A stretch of 61,893 nt of DNA, filler included, from Sphacelaria rigidula (GCA_964200075.2; 5 parts of 5 records of this genome joined end to end with filler, not necessarily neighbours in it), one strand, 5' to 3'; positions 1-12,540 are shown, counted from the whole stretch's first letter. A program made the numbers and translations. The notes: a model not told the origin generated them from the letters alone.

Positions 1-130
1 AATACCCCTTGGACCAGCGATCAACGTTTTTCTCTCTTTTGGGCAATCAGGCCGAAGAAATCGTGAATTTGGTGATTTGGAGTCGTGATGATTTGTCCTA
101 ACCGTGAAAGCTTGAATGGAATCGTTCAAT

Positions 131-622
131 CGTTTGACCGCGAGGGTAGGTAGGTCATCTGGCTGTGATAACATGTTCGCCAGTCTCAGAACGGATTTTG
201 CTTTCGGAACGGGAGATTTTTCGTTATTAATAACAAGGCGGTCTAATCGCCCGGAACGGCCGTCACCCCGTGATCTGAAGGGAGTTGAACTCAATCAGAT
301 TTAAAATCGCGGTGGTGCCTCACGTGAGATACGGCTGAAATGTGCATTGTTTCCCCCCCTAATTTGGACACATTTTCCCTTAAAACTCTGTACTGACCAT
401 GTCTATTTCAAGTATTCTCGCACCACAATTTCCGTCAGATAACGGGCTTTCAGCGGGATGACGGCCGTTTCGGACGATCTGACCGCGGTGGTGTCAATCA
501 CGGAAAACCTTCCGTTCCGGAAAAAAACCCAACTAATATCACGAACATGTTTTATGTTTTCATTTTCCAAGTTAATTTGATGCTGATCAAACACATGACC
601 TATCTATGCTCGTGGTCAAAGG
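131..622. mobile_element. ~490-bp element with the same piggyBac-like TIRs
   Basis: TTTGACCGCGAGGGTAGGTAGGTCAT at the left and ATGACCTATCTATGCTCGTGGTCAAAGG at the right. Confidence 0.7.
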
Positions 623-3244
623 TTTGATATTGGGAACAGGTGGAGTACTGTAGATCGTTCTACTGCTGTTACTCGTGACGGCGTTTGGCGTGATTTCTCC
701 TCTGAAGATGGAGCGAATGCTTTGCGGAATTGTACTTGGTGGTGTTTGCTTCCGTCTCAGCTGTTTCCGACCGTTTGTTTGGATGGTGGGTGTTGTTGCG
801 AGATGTGCATCGTCTTTGGCACCGTCTTTGGCACTGAAGAAACTCTGGTGATACAAGAAGAAACACAACTGTACTGTATTGGCATGTAACTGATGTGCGG
901 TAATAATGGGACACGAAATTGTCGGGCGAAAATTAAGGCGAAATTTTATCAGAGGTATCAACATATATTCTCCAAAAAAGCCGTGCGTAGTACCAATACA
1001 ATTTGCTAGGCGATTCAGCGCCATTTTCCCCCAGGTTACAAAAGTGGCAGTTCGAGGCTTTGCCGATTGTCACATTTCGAGAAGTCTTTCAGTGCTTTTC
1101 CGAGAGGGTTCCAGCGCCCTTTCCGACCTTTTTGTACGTCCACTTTGACTTTCAGCCGATAATATTAGCCTTTCTTGGTCACTTGCGAACCGTTTTCGTG
1201 GACTGGTCGACAAGTTATTCATCCGGCCAAAAGTCGAACCGGGCGCACGAAAGTTCGAAAAAGTGGGCCATAATCCTCCCAGAGAGTAGTGGAGTGGCAA
1301 TTCTTCATGAGGTGGCATAATCCACCGAACCATGTATGCCAGCGGAAATCGGCACTGAATCATCAAACAGGCTTTTTTGGAGAGATTGTTCATTGGATAC
1401 GAGCAAGCGGCTTCATACGATTCGCCCATCCCTCGCTTCCATGCCAAGCAACGACCCCGTGAAGTGAACAAGATGATATTGCCTGCACGTGTATGTCGGT
1501 CCGAGCTAGAATCAATCTAATCTTGTTGACCTCCCTGTGAAACGGCGAGGCAGTCGGAAAGGCCACGGTGCCATTGACCGGTAGCTATGCACTGGAACTA
1601 TCCATCAAAATAGAGCGTTTCGGGGGAAACAAATTCTGAGCATATTCGTAGTGCAGAATGGAAGCGTTAAAACTTCACTTCATATTGGAAGATGATATGA
1701 CGTGGCTTGACGTGGATTTTTCCGGTCGCAGTGATCAGCCGCAGGTTCTACCTACTCATGAGTACTTCGAAAACAGACGTATGGACCAATGCGCATCGGT
1801 ACACGGGAGTTACGATAGCGCACCTACGGCATTGTTGAATTTGCTACGGTCACCACACAGTGCTGCTACTGAGAGGAGTCAAGGTACATTCCAGTGCGAT
1901 GCAGTAGAGTACAGTGCAATGCAAGCTCGATAGTAGACGGCCACGGCACAAATGGATCAAAGTGGGCTATGTACTGTAGCTGACAGTAGCTACAGAGGAG
2001 CATATGACTGTACAAGTAGTACAGTGCACAAGCGCATTGCAGTGGTAATTAAAATACGTCCAACTGAATAACAGGGCAAGCCGCAAGTACCCGACGTCGC
2101 ATCATGGTGTCACTCCTAATCATGGCAGGCTTCGCTGGATTCATCAGCAGTACAGCACTGCCTCTGTGTAATTTCTCAACGTTTTTTTGTTTTTATTTTG
2201 AGGAGTTCAGCAGACCATGACTCTGAAACAGATAAATGCCCTCTACTTAAATCAAGTTGCGCACGTCAATGCACATGGTACCCCGCGGGCGCGGAGCCCT
2301 GCTGGCGGGAAACTTTTGAGACTAGATGGGGTTCATTTTTTTCGCTGGCAGGTTGTCTTTTTTCGCTTGCACGGGCAGTTCTACGCCCGCTGTGCGATCG
2401 CCAACCAACAGGCATTCCCTTGTTAGGATCCCATTTTTACTTCAGAATATCGAATCATCTGCAAATCATAGGTTCAGCACCGAACACTCCACGTTATCCT
2501 TTGCCTTGGGGAACGCTCCACTGAGCGGGGGCGCGAAGCGCCAAAAACCTTGTATTATTCTTATTCATTGAGTTTGTCCGCGTTCCGGGTCTCTGGACGC
2601 AGGTACAACAATCACGCGGCCTGAGAGCAACGTTTCTCCGAAGTCCGACGCACCAGCGGCCAGTTTTATTCCGTTCAATCTCTCCCGTGCTTTTTTTAGG
2701 GATTTACCCTATATCCACACTTTCCCGTTTCCCTTCGCGGAATTTGCCGTTTCTCCGCGGAATTTACTGGGACCAGTGACTCCCCTAGCCACCATAATCT
2801 CTACTCGGAATTACCGCAACCTGTTCCCGTGGCACTTTTCACTTCTATCTCGTCCTGTGGATTTCATGCGCGGGGCTTCCAACAACACCAGTGACGCGCC
2901 GAACCGTTTGACTTTTCTCTCATGAAAATCTAACGCACCTTATTCCCCCGGCACCAGTGACCTACTCTTCACCCTTCAATGCAATGGAACCTGCATGTCT
3001 CTCCGGTACCAGCGATCTCAGCCGTTTGACCCCCCTGTCGTGCCAGTGACCACTGTTTTTTAACTTGAAAGAGACCTGAAAATTATTCCTATTCAACAAG
3101 AGGCGGTCAAAGGGTTCAATTTCGCCGTCAGTTCGTCTCTCCATGATATATCCAAATCTTTGATCGACTGACCCAGCTACACTCTAACCCTGACCCCAAC
3201 CATAACCCACCGATGAAGGCAGATGGTAAACATTCGGGCGCCGG

Positions 3245-3885
3245 GCACTTTCTGCGATAGCTTCCCCCCCTCCCCCCCCCAAACCAGCCTAAAACTTTCA
3301 CGAAGAAAAGGGTCGCACAGCGCCTGATGTTTGATTTCAGGCTGCATGAAGCGCTTAATATGGGCGACATTGGCGAAAACTAACCCCAAGCGTGGGACTT
3401 CCCAGCCGCTCGTTGTGCTCGGCTCACGTATTTTTCAAGTGAAAATGATGCCGATGCCACAAATCAGCTGCTCGCTGTGCTCGGCTTTCTTCATTTCAAT
3501 TTACGTGGGGTAGATTTTGCCCCTACAAACCAGCCACTTTTGGGGGGGGAGCTATCGCAGAAAGTGTCACCGAGACTATATTATGGCTCTCGGAGTCACA
3601 TGGTGCTTTGTCCTACGGCGCCAATCCCAACCCGTCACCCGCCGGAGGTGTACATTCATTTGTGGAGCAGGCCTGATTCTTATGTATTTTTCAAGTGAAG
3701 ATGATGCCGATTCCATAAATCATCTGCTCGTTCTGCTCGACTTATTTCATTTCGATTCCACGTGTAGATTTTGCCTCTCCAAACCAGCCACTTTTTGGGA
3801 GGGGGGGGGCTATCGCAGAAAATGTCACTTGGGGAATCCATCACTAGAAGAATTTGTGGAATCGGCATCATTTTCAGGCCATTTT
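3245..3885. repeat. Cluster of direct and inverted repeats (G-run GCTATCGCAGAAA unit plus MITE core)
   Basis: Direct copies at ~3436-3570 and ~3691-3828; inverted partial copies at ~3245-3290 and ~3850-3880. Confidence 0.7.
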
Positions 3886-4120
3886 CAACTAATAACGATG
3901 TCAATTCTACAAATGAACACTTCCGGCGCTAGAGGGTTCACCAGAAGCTGGAGGTCTGGCGGAGCATGTGTCGTTGAGTACAATAACAGAGAGGTCTTCA
4001 GTGCATCATGCAACCCCCATGCCCTGAGCCGTGGTGTCCTCTGTGATATTTGGTTATGCGTACGACCGGTACGAATCACATTGTCTTCTGCGAGGTGAAG
4101 TGATGCCGATTTTCATCAAT

Positions 4121-4323
4121 CCCTCGGCCGCGAGAGTATCTTATCTCGATCATGCATTATTCTTTCCAGTGAAATTGATGCCGATTGAACAGATGACCTA
4201 CTCTCTCTCGCCTTCGAAGGGTCAACCCTTAGACGACGAGAGTAGATCATATGTTGAATTGGCATCAACTTCACTTGAAAAACGTATGCGAGGTCCAGAT
4301 GAACTACTCTCGCGGTCTAAGGG
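4121..4323. mobile_element. Two adjacent inverted ~100-bp piggyBac-like MITEs
   Basis: 4121-4221 and 4226-4323 share a TCAA junction; CCC...GGG termini with TTAA at 4324-4327; internal GAATCGGCATCAATTTCAC-type core. Confidence 0.8.
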
Positions 4324-4627
4324 TTAATGTTGGTGTGGATCCCTACAAGCTCTAAGCACGAAACAACCCAGTAGGGGTGATCATCTGTTTAATCGGCATC
4401 AACTTCACCTGGGAGAAAAATACATGATCCATGGCCAATAATCTTCCGTGGGAAACTCCCGAAACACATATGGTTGATTTGGTGAGCTTTTCGGCTCTTA
4501 TTATGTAAGTAGTCCCCCCCTCCCCCCCTCCCCCGCCGCCGCCGCCGCCCCGAGGCCACCCTTGGATGTCCCTGCACGGCCAGCTTGTGAAATTGGTTTG
4601 AGACGACGCTCACTGTCGCAGGGTTAA

Positions 4628-5438
4628 GACCATCTTTAATGGCAGTCACCGATCTCGATTTTTACGCAGATCGGGGGAAAGGAATCGGGGAACGCGTTTT
4701 ATGGACCTCGATTTTGGAAAAAATCATAGTGTCACGATTTCAGAACAATTTCCATCCATTTTTTGTCGGGGGAAATCTGAGGTTCCCCCGATTTCGAGGA
4801 GGTGAAGTACGTGCACTGACGTACAATGGTGGAGGACGAGGCATTTGAAATTTTTGCAATCGCAGCAGAAGACAGTCTCGTGACAACGCAGTGTGTGCCT
4901 GCCCGTGCCAGCTGCTGCAGCAGCTTCGCACGGGGTTTGAGACGAGTGGATAATAACTTTTGACGCCCCACCCTGTGGCGATGGTAATATCTTATGCTAC
5001 ACTGCGCTGCCACATGTATCACTATACCGAACGGTGCTGTACTCTCCTAGTCTGTTGTCGCTGTAGTTGCAGGGTGATGTTTTGCACTGGACTACTGAAC
5101 TCTTCTCGTGCACTGATTGCTCACTGTTCTCGCACTACCGACTGTGCCATCATATACCACCACACGGCATTATCATGTACTGTGATCATGGAGTGTCCTG
5201 CACTTTATTATCCTGGGGTTCCATGGTATGACACTGTACTTGAAGGGGTATTCACCGTCTGCCTGCTCTTCGGCTTTATGCACGAGTACGCAATACCACG
5301 CTCGTGCAGAAAATGTCCGTCTGTGTACAGAACTATTTCACAAATCTGTGATACCAAAAAGCGGTCCCCCCGATTTTGAGTCCGCGAATTTGAGCCCCTG
5401 TCTCAGAAAATCGAGATTCGTTGCCATAAAATATGGTC
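4628..5438 (+). mobile_element. ~810-bp non-autonomous TIR element, copy 1
   Basis: Imperfect TIRs GACCATCTTTAATGGCAGTCACCGATCTCGATTTT and AAAATCGAGATTCGTTGCCATAAAATATGGTC; full-length second copy at 6155-6960. Confidence 0.85.
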
Positions 5439-6154
5439 AATGAGCTCAAACGTAAATAGACGACGCATCATAGAATATATGCAACATCGGTGGAGTTGGA
5501 TTTGGGCAGGGGGTGAATGGTGACGCAGCGGACGAGAAAATAGCCGTCCCCGGGGGTGGCTACTGTGAATTTGGGGGTGGTATTCGCGATTTTGTCCTCT
5601 GTAGCGAATGGCATTACTTCCGCACTTTGTCCGTATATTTTTCATACACTTGACATGTGAAAAGGTGAAGAAAGAACACCTGACCCCGGGGTGAAATGCG
5701 TGTATCCCCTCCCCCCCCAATATGATCACGCGGGCACTCGTGTGTATATCTACCGTTTTGATCTGTTACACACGAACTGCGATGCGACTGAACACACGAG
5801 TACATCGATCAAACACGGGAACAATAAAGTGCTCATTCACGATCGTCGTTTCTCCCTCCCCGCGAATGGAACCGCTTTCGAATCCTTCGCCAAGCATGAT
5901 TGAGGGGTGGTACCTACCGTTTCGGCTAGTTACATACGAGCTGGGTCAGCCGAAACGAAAACGCACATCACACAATAGCTTTCCAAGTTCCCCGAATCAG
6001 CCTGATTTGAGCATATCGCTGTGAGCTGCAGACCAAGACAAAGGCTGGGTTGAGGCGACAGGAACACCTTAGTTTAGCCCATTGCTTCGCTAGTTTTGTT
6101 TTCATTAGTATTTCATTTTTGTGCTTCACTACTTCTTTACAGGGCGTTATAATA

Positions 6155-6960
6155 GACCATCTATCTATTATGCCAATCACCGATCTCGATTTTGTTCAAC
6201 ATCGAGGAAAACAAAGTTGGGGTGTCGCTATCTCAGAACAATTTCCCCCCATTTTTTCAAACAGTCGGAGAAAATCATGCCGAGATCGCGACTGCCCCCG
6301 ACTTCGAGGAGGTGACGCATGTGCTTTGACGTACAATGGTGGAGGACAAGGCGTTTGATATTTCTGCAACCGCAGCAGAAGACAATCTCGTGACAACGCA
6401 GTGTGTGCCTGCCCGCGCCAGCTGCTGCGGCAGCTTCGCACGGGGTTTGGCGAATGGATAATAACTATTGACGCCGTATACCCTGTGGCGATGGTAATAT
6501 CTCATGCTGCACTGCGCTGCCACATGTATCACTATACCGAACGGTGCTGTACTCTCCTGGTCCATTGTCGCTGTGGTTGCAGGGTGATGTTTTGCACTGG
6601 ACTACTGAACTCTTCTCGCGCACTAATTGCTCACTGTTCTCGCAATACCGACTGTGCCATCATCATGTACTACCTCACGGCATTATCATGCACGGTAATA
6701 ATGGAGTGTCCTGCACTGTATTACCCTAGGGTACCATAGTACGACCCTGAACTCGAAGGATTATTCACCGTCTGCCTGCTCTTCGGCTTCATGTACGAGT
6801 AGGCACTTCCGCACTGGTGCAGAAAATATCTGTCTGTGTACAGAACTATTTCACAAAACTATGATACCGTCTGTACCATGAAACAGTCCTCCCGATTTTG
6901 AGTTCGCGAATTTGAGCCCCCGTCTAAAATAATCGAGATTCGTTGCCATAAAACATGGTC
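6155..6960 (+). mobile_element. ~806-bp non-autonomous TIR element, copy 2
   Basis: Colinear with 4628-5438, with the same GACCAT...ATGGTC termini. Confidence 0.85.
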
Positions 6961-7429
6961 TTATATACATCGTCTCATCGACGGGCAACAGTGAATTCCA
7001 TCATATTGTCGATGCTGTCATATTCCTTCACAGGTAGTTCTTGGTTCTTCAGGATCGGTGTCTTCTGGGTCGCTAAGAGTCTTTATTTTCGGTCGAGTTT
7101 TGTCTATGAATGTTGAAATGGGTTCATCTTGGGCACATATCTCAGACGGAGGATGGGCGGAGATTGACGGTTATTCTTTGGTTTTGTACGATCAGTGTCT
7201 TCTGCATTGTTTCAATTCTTCATCTTCGTTCGGGGTTTGTCGTTTTTTTAAAGTTAAATACGTTCATTTCGCGTAGATTTCTCGGACGGAAAATGGGTCG
7301 AACTTCACTGCTACCTTTTTCGTTGTGCAGGGCCGGTGTCTTCTGCCCCGTTCCGATTCGTTTTCGGGCGAGTTTCATCGTCTTTGACGATGTTTGAAAG
7401 TCCAAATAGGCAAAAAAAGGAGAATGTGA

Positions 7430-7910
7430 TATCTCTGAATAATCTCCGCGTGTCACAAGAGTTATCTCTGAATGATATCTTCGTGTAACAAGATTCATCT
7501 CTGAATCATATCTTCGCCTCTCAGATCTTCTTCATGTGGCAACGGCCGATGCCGATAGCAACACTCCTTATTATTACCCTTTGCCTTGGGAAACGCTCCA
7601 TTGAGTGGGGGCGCGAAGCGCCAAAAACTTTGTACAAGTAATAAATTTCATCTTTTTCGCCGTTGAAGCGCCTTGGATGCAGGTGCACCTTTTTCACTTG
7701 GTTTCAGAGAACACTTGAATGGGGTCATTCGGTCGTTCCCACAAGCTCTGAGAGGCCAGCATTTGTTGCTCACACTTGATTTTAGAGTACGGCGAAATGG
7801 TGTCATTCGGTCGTTCTCAGAAGCTCATAGAGGCGAGCATGTGCTCTTACTTGGTTTTAGAGTGCAGCGAAACGGGGTAATTTCGTTCTCTCAAGCTCTG
7901 ACAAAGCAGC
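7430..7910 (+). repeat. Two minisatellites (~33 bp x3 and ~75-78 bp x3)
   Basis: ATCTCTGAAT repeated within 7431-7520; ACTTG.TTT...GTCATTCGGTCGTTC..CAAGCTC repeated within 7695-7910. Confidence 0.8.
7560..7634 (+). repeat. Repeated terminus with GGCGC-GAA-GCGCC hairpin (Helentron-like end); second copy at 2483-2554
   Basis: CCTTTGCCTTGGG.AACGCTCCA.TGAG.GGGGGCGCGAAGCGCCAAAAAC.TTGTA is present twice. Confidence 0.6.
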
Positions 7911-9185
7911 ATTGCATGATTCCCCTTCAGGAGGTTTCGGGAGCATCGCTCCCGCAGTGCTCTGCATGCCGATTTAACAACAGATGATCTATCATGGCAA
8001 TCAAATGGTCAAATTCGTTGCCACTTCATGGATTCTTGGTTTGCGAGGGCGGTCAGTTCCTCAGGTTCACTTTCGATTGTGATGCGTTGTGTTGACCCTT
8101 TGTACATAGTCATCATCCATGTTGCTCTTCGGGCTGAAAACGAAACCAAAAAAGCGTCTTTTTGAAAATCGAACCGGCATCATGCTCATGGAACACTCAG
8201 AAGACACGACAAGCTTTTCCCGCCGCTTTCCGTCAACCATTTGACGGCGAAAATTGGGTAATATTGAAGTGGCATCCATTTCACTCAATAAAAGTGTCCA
8301 TGATCCAGATTTGTTATCGTGCTCAGTCCATGAGCTTACACAACGCACACAGCTATCACTGGTGCTCATGTACCCTGGCTGTCGATCCACTGATCGTGGC
8401 GGTGAAGCAGGAGAAACGCCACGTTGCGGTTGTCATGTGCTCAACCGTCGTGTTATTTCCGGAGCCTGTTTCGTACAATGGGTCATGTCTGTGATGTTGA
8501 ATCCGTGGTTGTCCGTGTTTCGGGAGATATCGGTCGCTACTGTTGGTCGAGTGTTCCTTGCTATTTATGGACGGCTTTCGCACGACGGGATTGTCCGTCA
8601 TGTTGAGTCCGTGGTCGTCGTTTACCGTGTTTGGGGGGAAATCGGTCGCTACTGTTGGTCGATTTGTTGTCTTACTTCTTCCGTTTCTCTCATGTATCCA
8701 CTACATTGCGGGTATTGCCTGCTTCGCTGTTGCCCACGAAGGAGGGGGAATGAATATTTTATGCCTTTTCAGTTGTTATTTCTGGACCCTGTTTCGTACG
8801 ATGGGCGTTTCTGCGGTGCAATAGTACTGGACTCATGGTGTCGAACAGTCGTGTGTGTCCGTCGCAAGTCTTTGTGTCCCCGAGTATCGGGTTCCTACTC
8901 GTTGCTGTGTGTGGAAACGTAAATGAGTGTCTTCGTATCTGTTCTTCGACGGTGGAGGTAGTCTTTTGCCCGTTCTACCGTATCGGTACAATCGTCTAAA
9001 CATCATTAAGCCTCTTCTTCATACTTTGTCCCTGGGACACGGGTCTCCATATGCACACAGCGCAATATACGGCACTTGAAGCGATGATCTGTTCCGCCAC
9101 TTAATGCGAGCAACGATGACCGGTCTTCATGTACCTTGGGTATCGATCTCATTGAGCGTGGCGGCGGGAGCCGCCGAACCCCTCG

Positions 9186-9218
<33 letters not shown>

Positions 9219-9439
9219 TCCCTCCTCTCTCAACCGCCGCCTTCTGGGGGGATAGTAGTGCTGGAGTAAGTCGACCCCATCGACCATACGACAAGCAATA
9301 AGGATATAATGACTCGACCTACTAACTAGTCTATCATTCGTGTCAGTGGTGATGCAACACACAGCCTAGGCAGCGGGTCACGCAGACGGCGCTGACTCCC
9401 AGACTCACTCCTGCAGCTACTGGAAAATTAATTGAAATC

Positions 9440-10067
9440 CGCAGCCGTGACGTTTCATTCGGCGTTGGGACACTGTCACGGAAAACGCGTTGATGGATGC
9501 GAAACACATGGAACTACCACATTCGGCGGACTGGAGCTAGCGGCCGATGCGGGCCGGGAAGGTTGCACCCTGCACCCTAGACCAAAAGGCGAGGTGGCTA
9601 CCATGGGCAGTCGTCCCATAAAATTTGCACGTGGTGACGCAAAGACAAACGAGAATCGGACCGCCGTCACCAACGAGAGGCTGCTGCGTCGAGAGCGACC
9701 AATCGGAGAATCCTGTCTGTCCCTATCGGTTGTCGATTTTTCGCTATCGGTTGTTGATTTTGAGGTCGGTCGGTGGTTCTGCGGTAGCCCCTAGTGTTCG
9801 TTTGTACCTGCTCTGAATCCTTTGGGTTTCAACACTTCTGCAGTCTCCTTCCTACTTATCCTCTGTTCTCCCTTTCGCCATGCTTCTCTCGATGTGTGTG
9901 CCAGAGCAATGTGATGCCTCTCTTCCAAGGGGTTCATGCATGACAGGTTTGATACCCAAAATATCGAGGTTGTAGTAGATGAGTCACAATCTAATCTCAC
10001 GGCCTTTGTTGCTCTACGATTTCGGGTTCGAAAGATCGGACTAATGTGCGGAAATAAGAAGAAGAGG

Positions 10068-10108
<41 letters not shown>

Positions 10109-10378
10109 AATTGTCAATATTTTCATCATCATTCTAGATTGTCCTGTGTCTAGGGTGCTTCCAATTTCAATTTATTCCGGGGTTTGTAACGTTGCGGTCT
10201 CGGATTTCGGCGGTGAAACCGGAGTGGCCTCGGCTGGGCCCTTCTACTCTAGAGTGAAAAGGTCTGCCCGTAACTTTTTGTGTAATTTACACGTGGTATT
10301 TATGCCCTTACAGGAGGTAGTGGAGGGACTGGTGGACTCGTTTCAGTACCAAAACATTCAGGTGCCATAATGTAAATG
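9440..10378 (+). mobile_element. RTE LINE 3' fragment
   Basis: 9625-9960 aligns with 17780-18100; contains an (AAC)n microsatellite. Boundaries approximate. Confidence 0.65.
10068..10107 (+). repeat. (AAC)n microsatellite
   Basis: About 13 perfect AAC units. Confidence 0.95.
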
Positions 10379-11779
10379 CTTTGTCTTGTGTCTCATTCGA
10401 ATCATGTGTTTCATGCTAATGATAAAAACTAGCTATACTGCAGTATGGTTGCGTCCTTGCATTCCTTGACAAGGACTATGCTTTCCGCGCCTCGTATACA
10501 GTTCACAGTTTATGATAACCAGAGCATGTCAGTGGTATTTATATCACGCATTCCCGTCTTTGAACTGGTACGGTATACTTTTTGGTACAGCACGCAGCAT
10601 CGGTAGTACTGGACCAAAACAAAAGTGGTTCACCACACCTCCAAGTGCGACAACGATGGACTCGCTGGCATCCCTTCTGCGTATTTTCGAATGAAGCGTG
10701 ATGAATAATGAGTAATGCCGTGACGGGCTGCCACAGGGGACTACTACACTGTAGTACACAAGCGCGCTGGCACGATGTTGGCAACACGGAAAATCACCCA
10801 CGCGCTACGAGTAGCGCGCGTGCTGCTCGAAAATAAGGCGCTCCGCGCGTTTAATTTAATTCAGTGCGTTTAATTTAATTCAATGCAGAGGTTAGTTACC
10901 CCATGGGTGGGAAGGCGACACTGCGAACAAACCGCACTGTGACGCGTTCGGCGGTACTAACTGCTCACTGCACAGCGGCAGGGTGCAGGGTGACAAAGCA
11001 CACCACAGGACGCGACATCCTTAGCCTATCCCTGTCCTGCATTGATTTCGCGTTGTCCTATGCAGTTCGCCACATCATGAATGCAGTCGCGTTTATCGCG
11101 GCCAACGTGTACGCAGGATATCACGCCTCGCTACGCGCTATGTTGCCAAGTCACATTTTTTAAAGCTGTCCATGTTGCAGCTACAGCGTGCGTTTGCCCC
11201 AGGTGGCGCAGGCAGGAGTGAAAGGCCGCCTGCGCCGCTGTAATGGCTGCCTGTATCTTGGGCGAAGCTATATAGTAACACAGCTGCGGTTGGTGCCCCA
11301 CACATACTGAAAGGTGGAGACCGGCGTCCAGAATAGATGGGACGTCAACACACACAGCACACTGACCTTGCGCGGTACACTTTCAACAACGTCTTCATAC
11401 TGACTGTAGAAATCTTTTCTCCACGGTTGGGTTCATTACCGTACATAATGCAGGGCCTGGTACATCTCGACTTATAATGTAACGGAGGATCTGGTACGTT
11501 CCCACCTGTACATGTATGTAGTCTTACTCGGTGATCGTGAGAAAAAATGCGCAACATCTGGGCGAACTCCAGGTGAGGCAATCGCCGAATTTTTCACCTG
11601 CAAACTCTGCTCCAGTGCACTGTAAGTTGATATCGCTAGAAGGACACTACCATAATCACCTTGCCGGCTGCCAGACTGTCACAGACTGTTCGGACGTAGG
11701 ATCCGCTAGCATTGCTACTGTCTGTACGGGGGTGTTGCCCCCTTGTCACGTACATTTTGGAGCATGATGCTAGATGAAG

Positions 11780-12100
11780 ATCATCCTTCCTTGTACATGG
11801 GCACCAAACGCTGGGGGTCCTCACTCAAGAATTGGATTTGGAGGATGATACTAGGTAGGCAGCGGCAATTGCTGTGTCCAGAAGCCCCTTGGAGCAGGGT
11901 GCGTTTGGTGTCTGTTTGACGAAGTTATCCCCAAGAAATCGAAATCGATAGGGGTTTTGGAGTGCGAAAACCTAGCAAAAAACTATCGCAAGAATCGGGT
12001 CGCAAGAATCAGGTCACAGAAATCCCGACGCAAAAACGGAGTCGCAAAAAAACAGTGAGTCCACTTTTCACCAGAAACCAACTTCACTTCGTGAAATTGG
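11780..12100 (+). repeat. Dispersed repeat shared with ~50133-50510
   Basis: CCTTGTACATGGGCAC...CCCTTGGAGCAGG.TGCGTTTGGTGTC..TTGACGAAGTTATCCCC...TCGCAAGAATC motifs in both contigs. Confidence 0.85.
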
Positions 12101-12240
12101 AATTATTATTGGTTATGAGTGTAGTCTGTGCGCAAGACCTTTCCACCAAATCCATGCAGCTGACGCCGATCATTTTTGTTCTTGTTTTCCTCGGTTGTCT
12201 TTCTTTCTTTCCCCTTCCTTTGTCTACTCTGTCTATTCTA

Positions 12241-12301
12241 CGAGCTGGGCCAGCCTAGAGGCTGCATGAACGTTTGCAGGCGGATGCGCCGGCCAATATT
12301 T
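12241..12301 (+). mobile_element. Terminus of a TA-flanked (Tc1/mariner-like) element, TA|CGAGCTGGGCCAGCC
   Basis: Matches the reverse complement of 49607-49667 at 59/61; the same terminus occurs at 36517 and 5937. Confidence 0.7.
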
Positions 12302-12401
12302 NNNNNNNNNNNNNNNNNNNNNNNNNNNNNNNNNNNNNNNNNNNNTTAATTAATTAANNNNNNNNNNNNNNNNNNNNNNNNNNNNNNNNNNNNNNNNNNN
12401 N
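12302..12401. other. Artificial contig linker (N44-TTAATTAATTAA-N44)
   Basis: 100-bp spacer with a six-frame stop core; identical spacers at 24701, 37100 and 49497; contig lengths decrease monotonically. Confidence 0.98.
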
Positions 12402-12450
12402 CCCTCCTCGGAGTGAAAGTGACGGGGATCGAACCACAACGGCTAACTTT

Positions 12451-12540
12451 TGTGACGGTTTAAGAGACAGCCAACGAGACTATTGACCAGTCAGCGCTGA
12501 CTGGTCAGTAGTCTAGTTGGCTGTCTCTTAAACTGTCACA
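12451..12540. repeat. 90-bp spacerless palindrome
   Basis: 45-bp arms centred on AGCGCT (12493-12498), with 3 mismatches. Confidence 0.95.

Noticed and set aside
587-1471. Minus-strand ORFs or exon candidates in contig 1
   Set aside because: No recognisable domain and no consistent splice chain could be built.
4960-5379. Cys-rich ORFs duplicated at 4960 and 6401
   Set aside because: They lie inside two copies of a TIR element, starts and stops differ between copies, and there is no domain signature.
9791-10370. Poly-Leu and poly-Asn ORFs (signal-peptide-like)
   Set aside because: They are translations of the (AAC)n microsatellite within a LINE remnant.
12346-12357. TTAATTAATTAA recurring about every 12.4 kb
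   Set aside because: Artificial linker inside N-runs, not a biological periodic motif.
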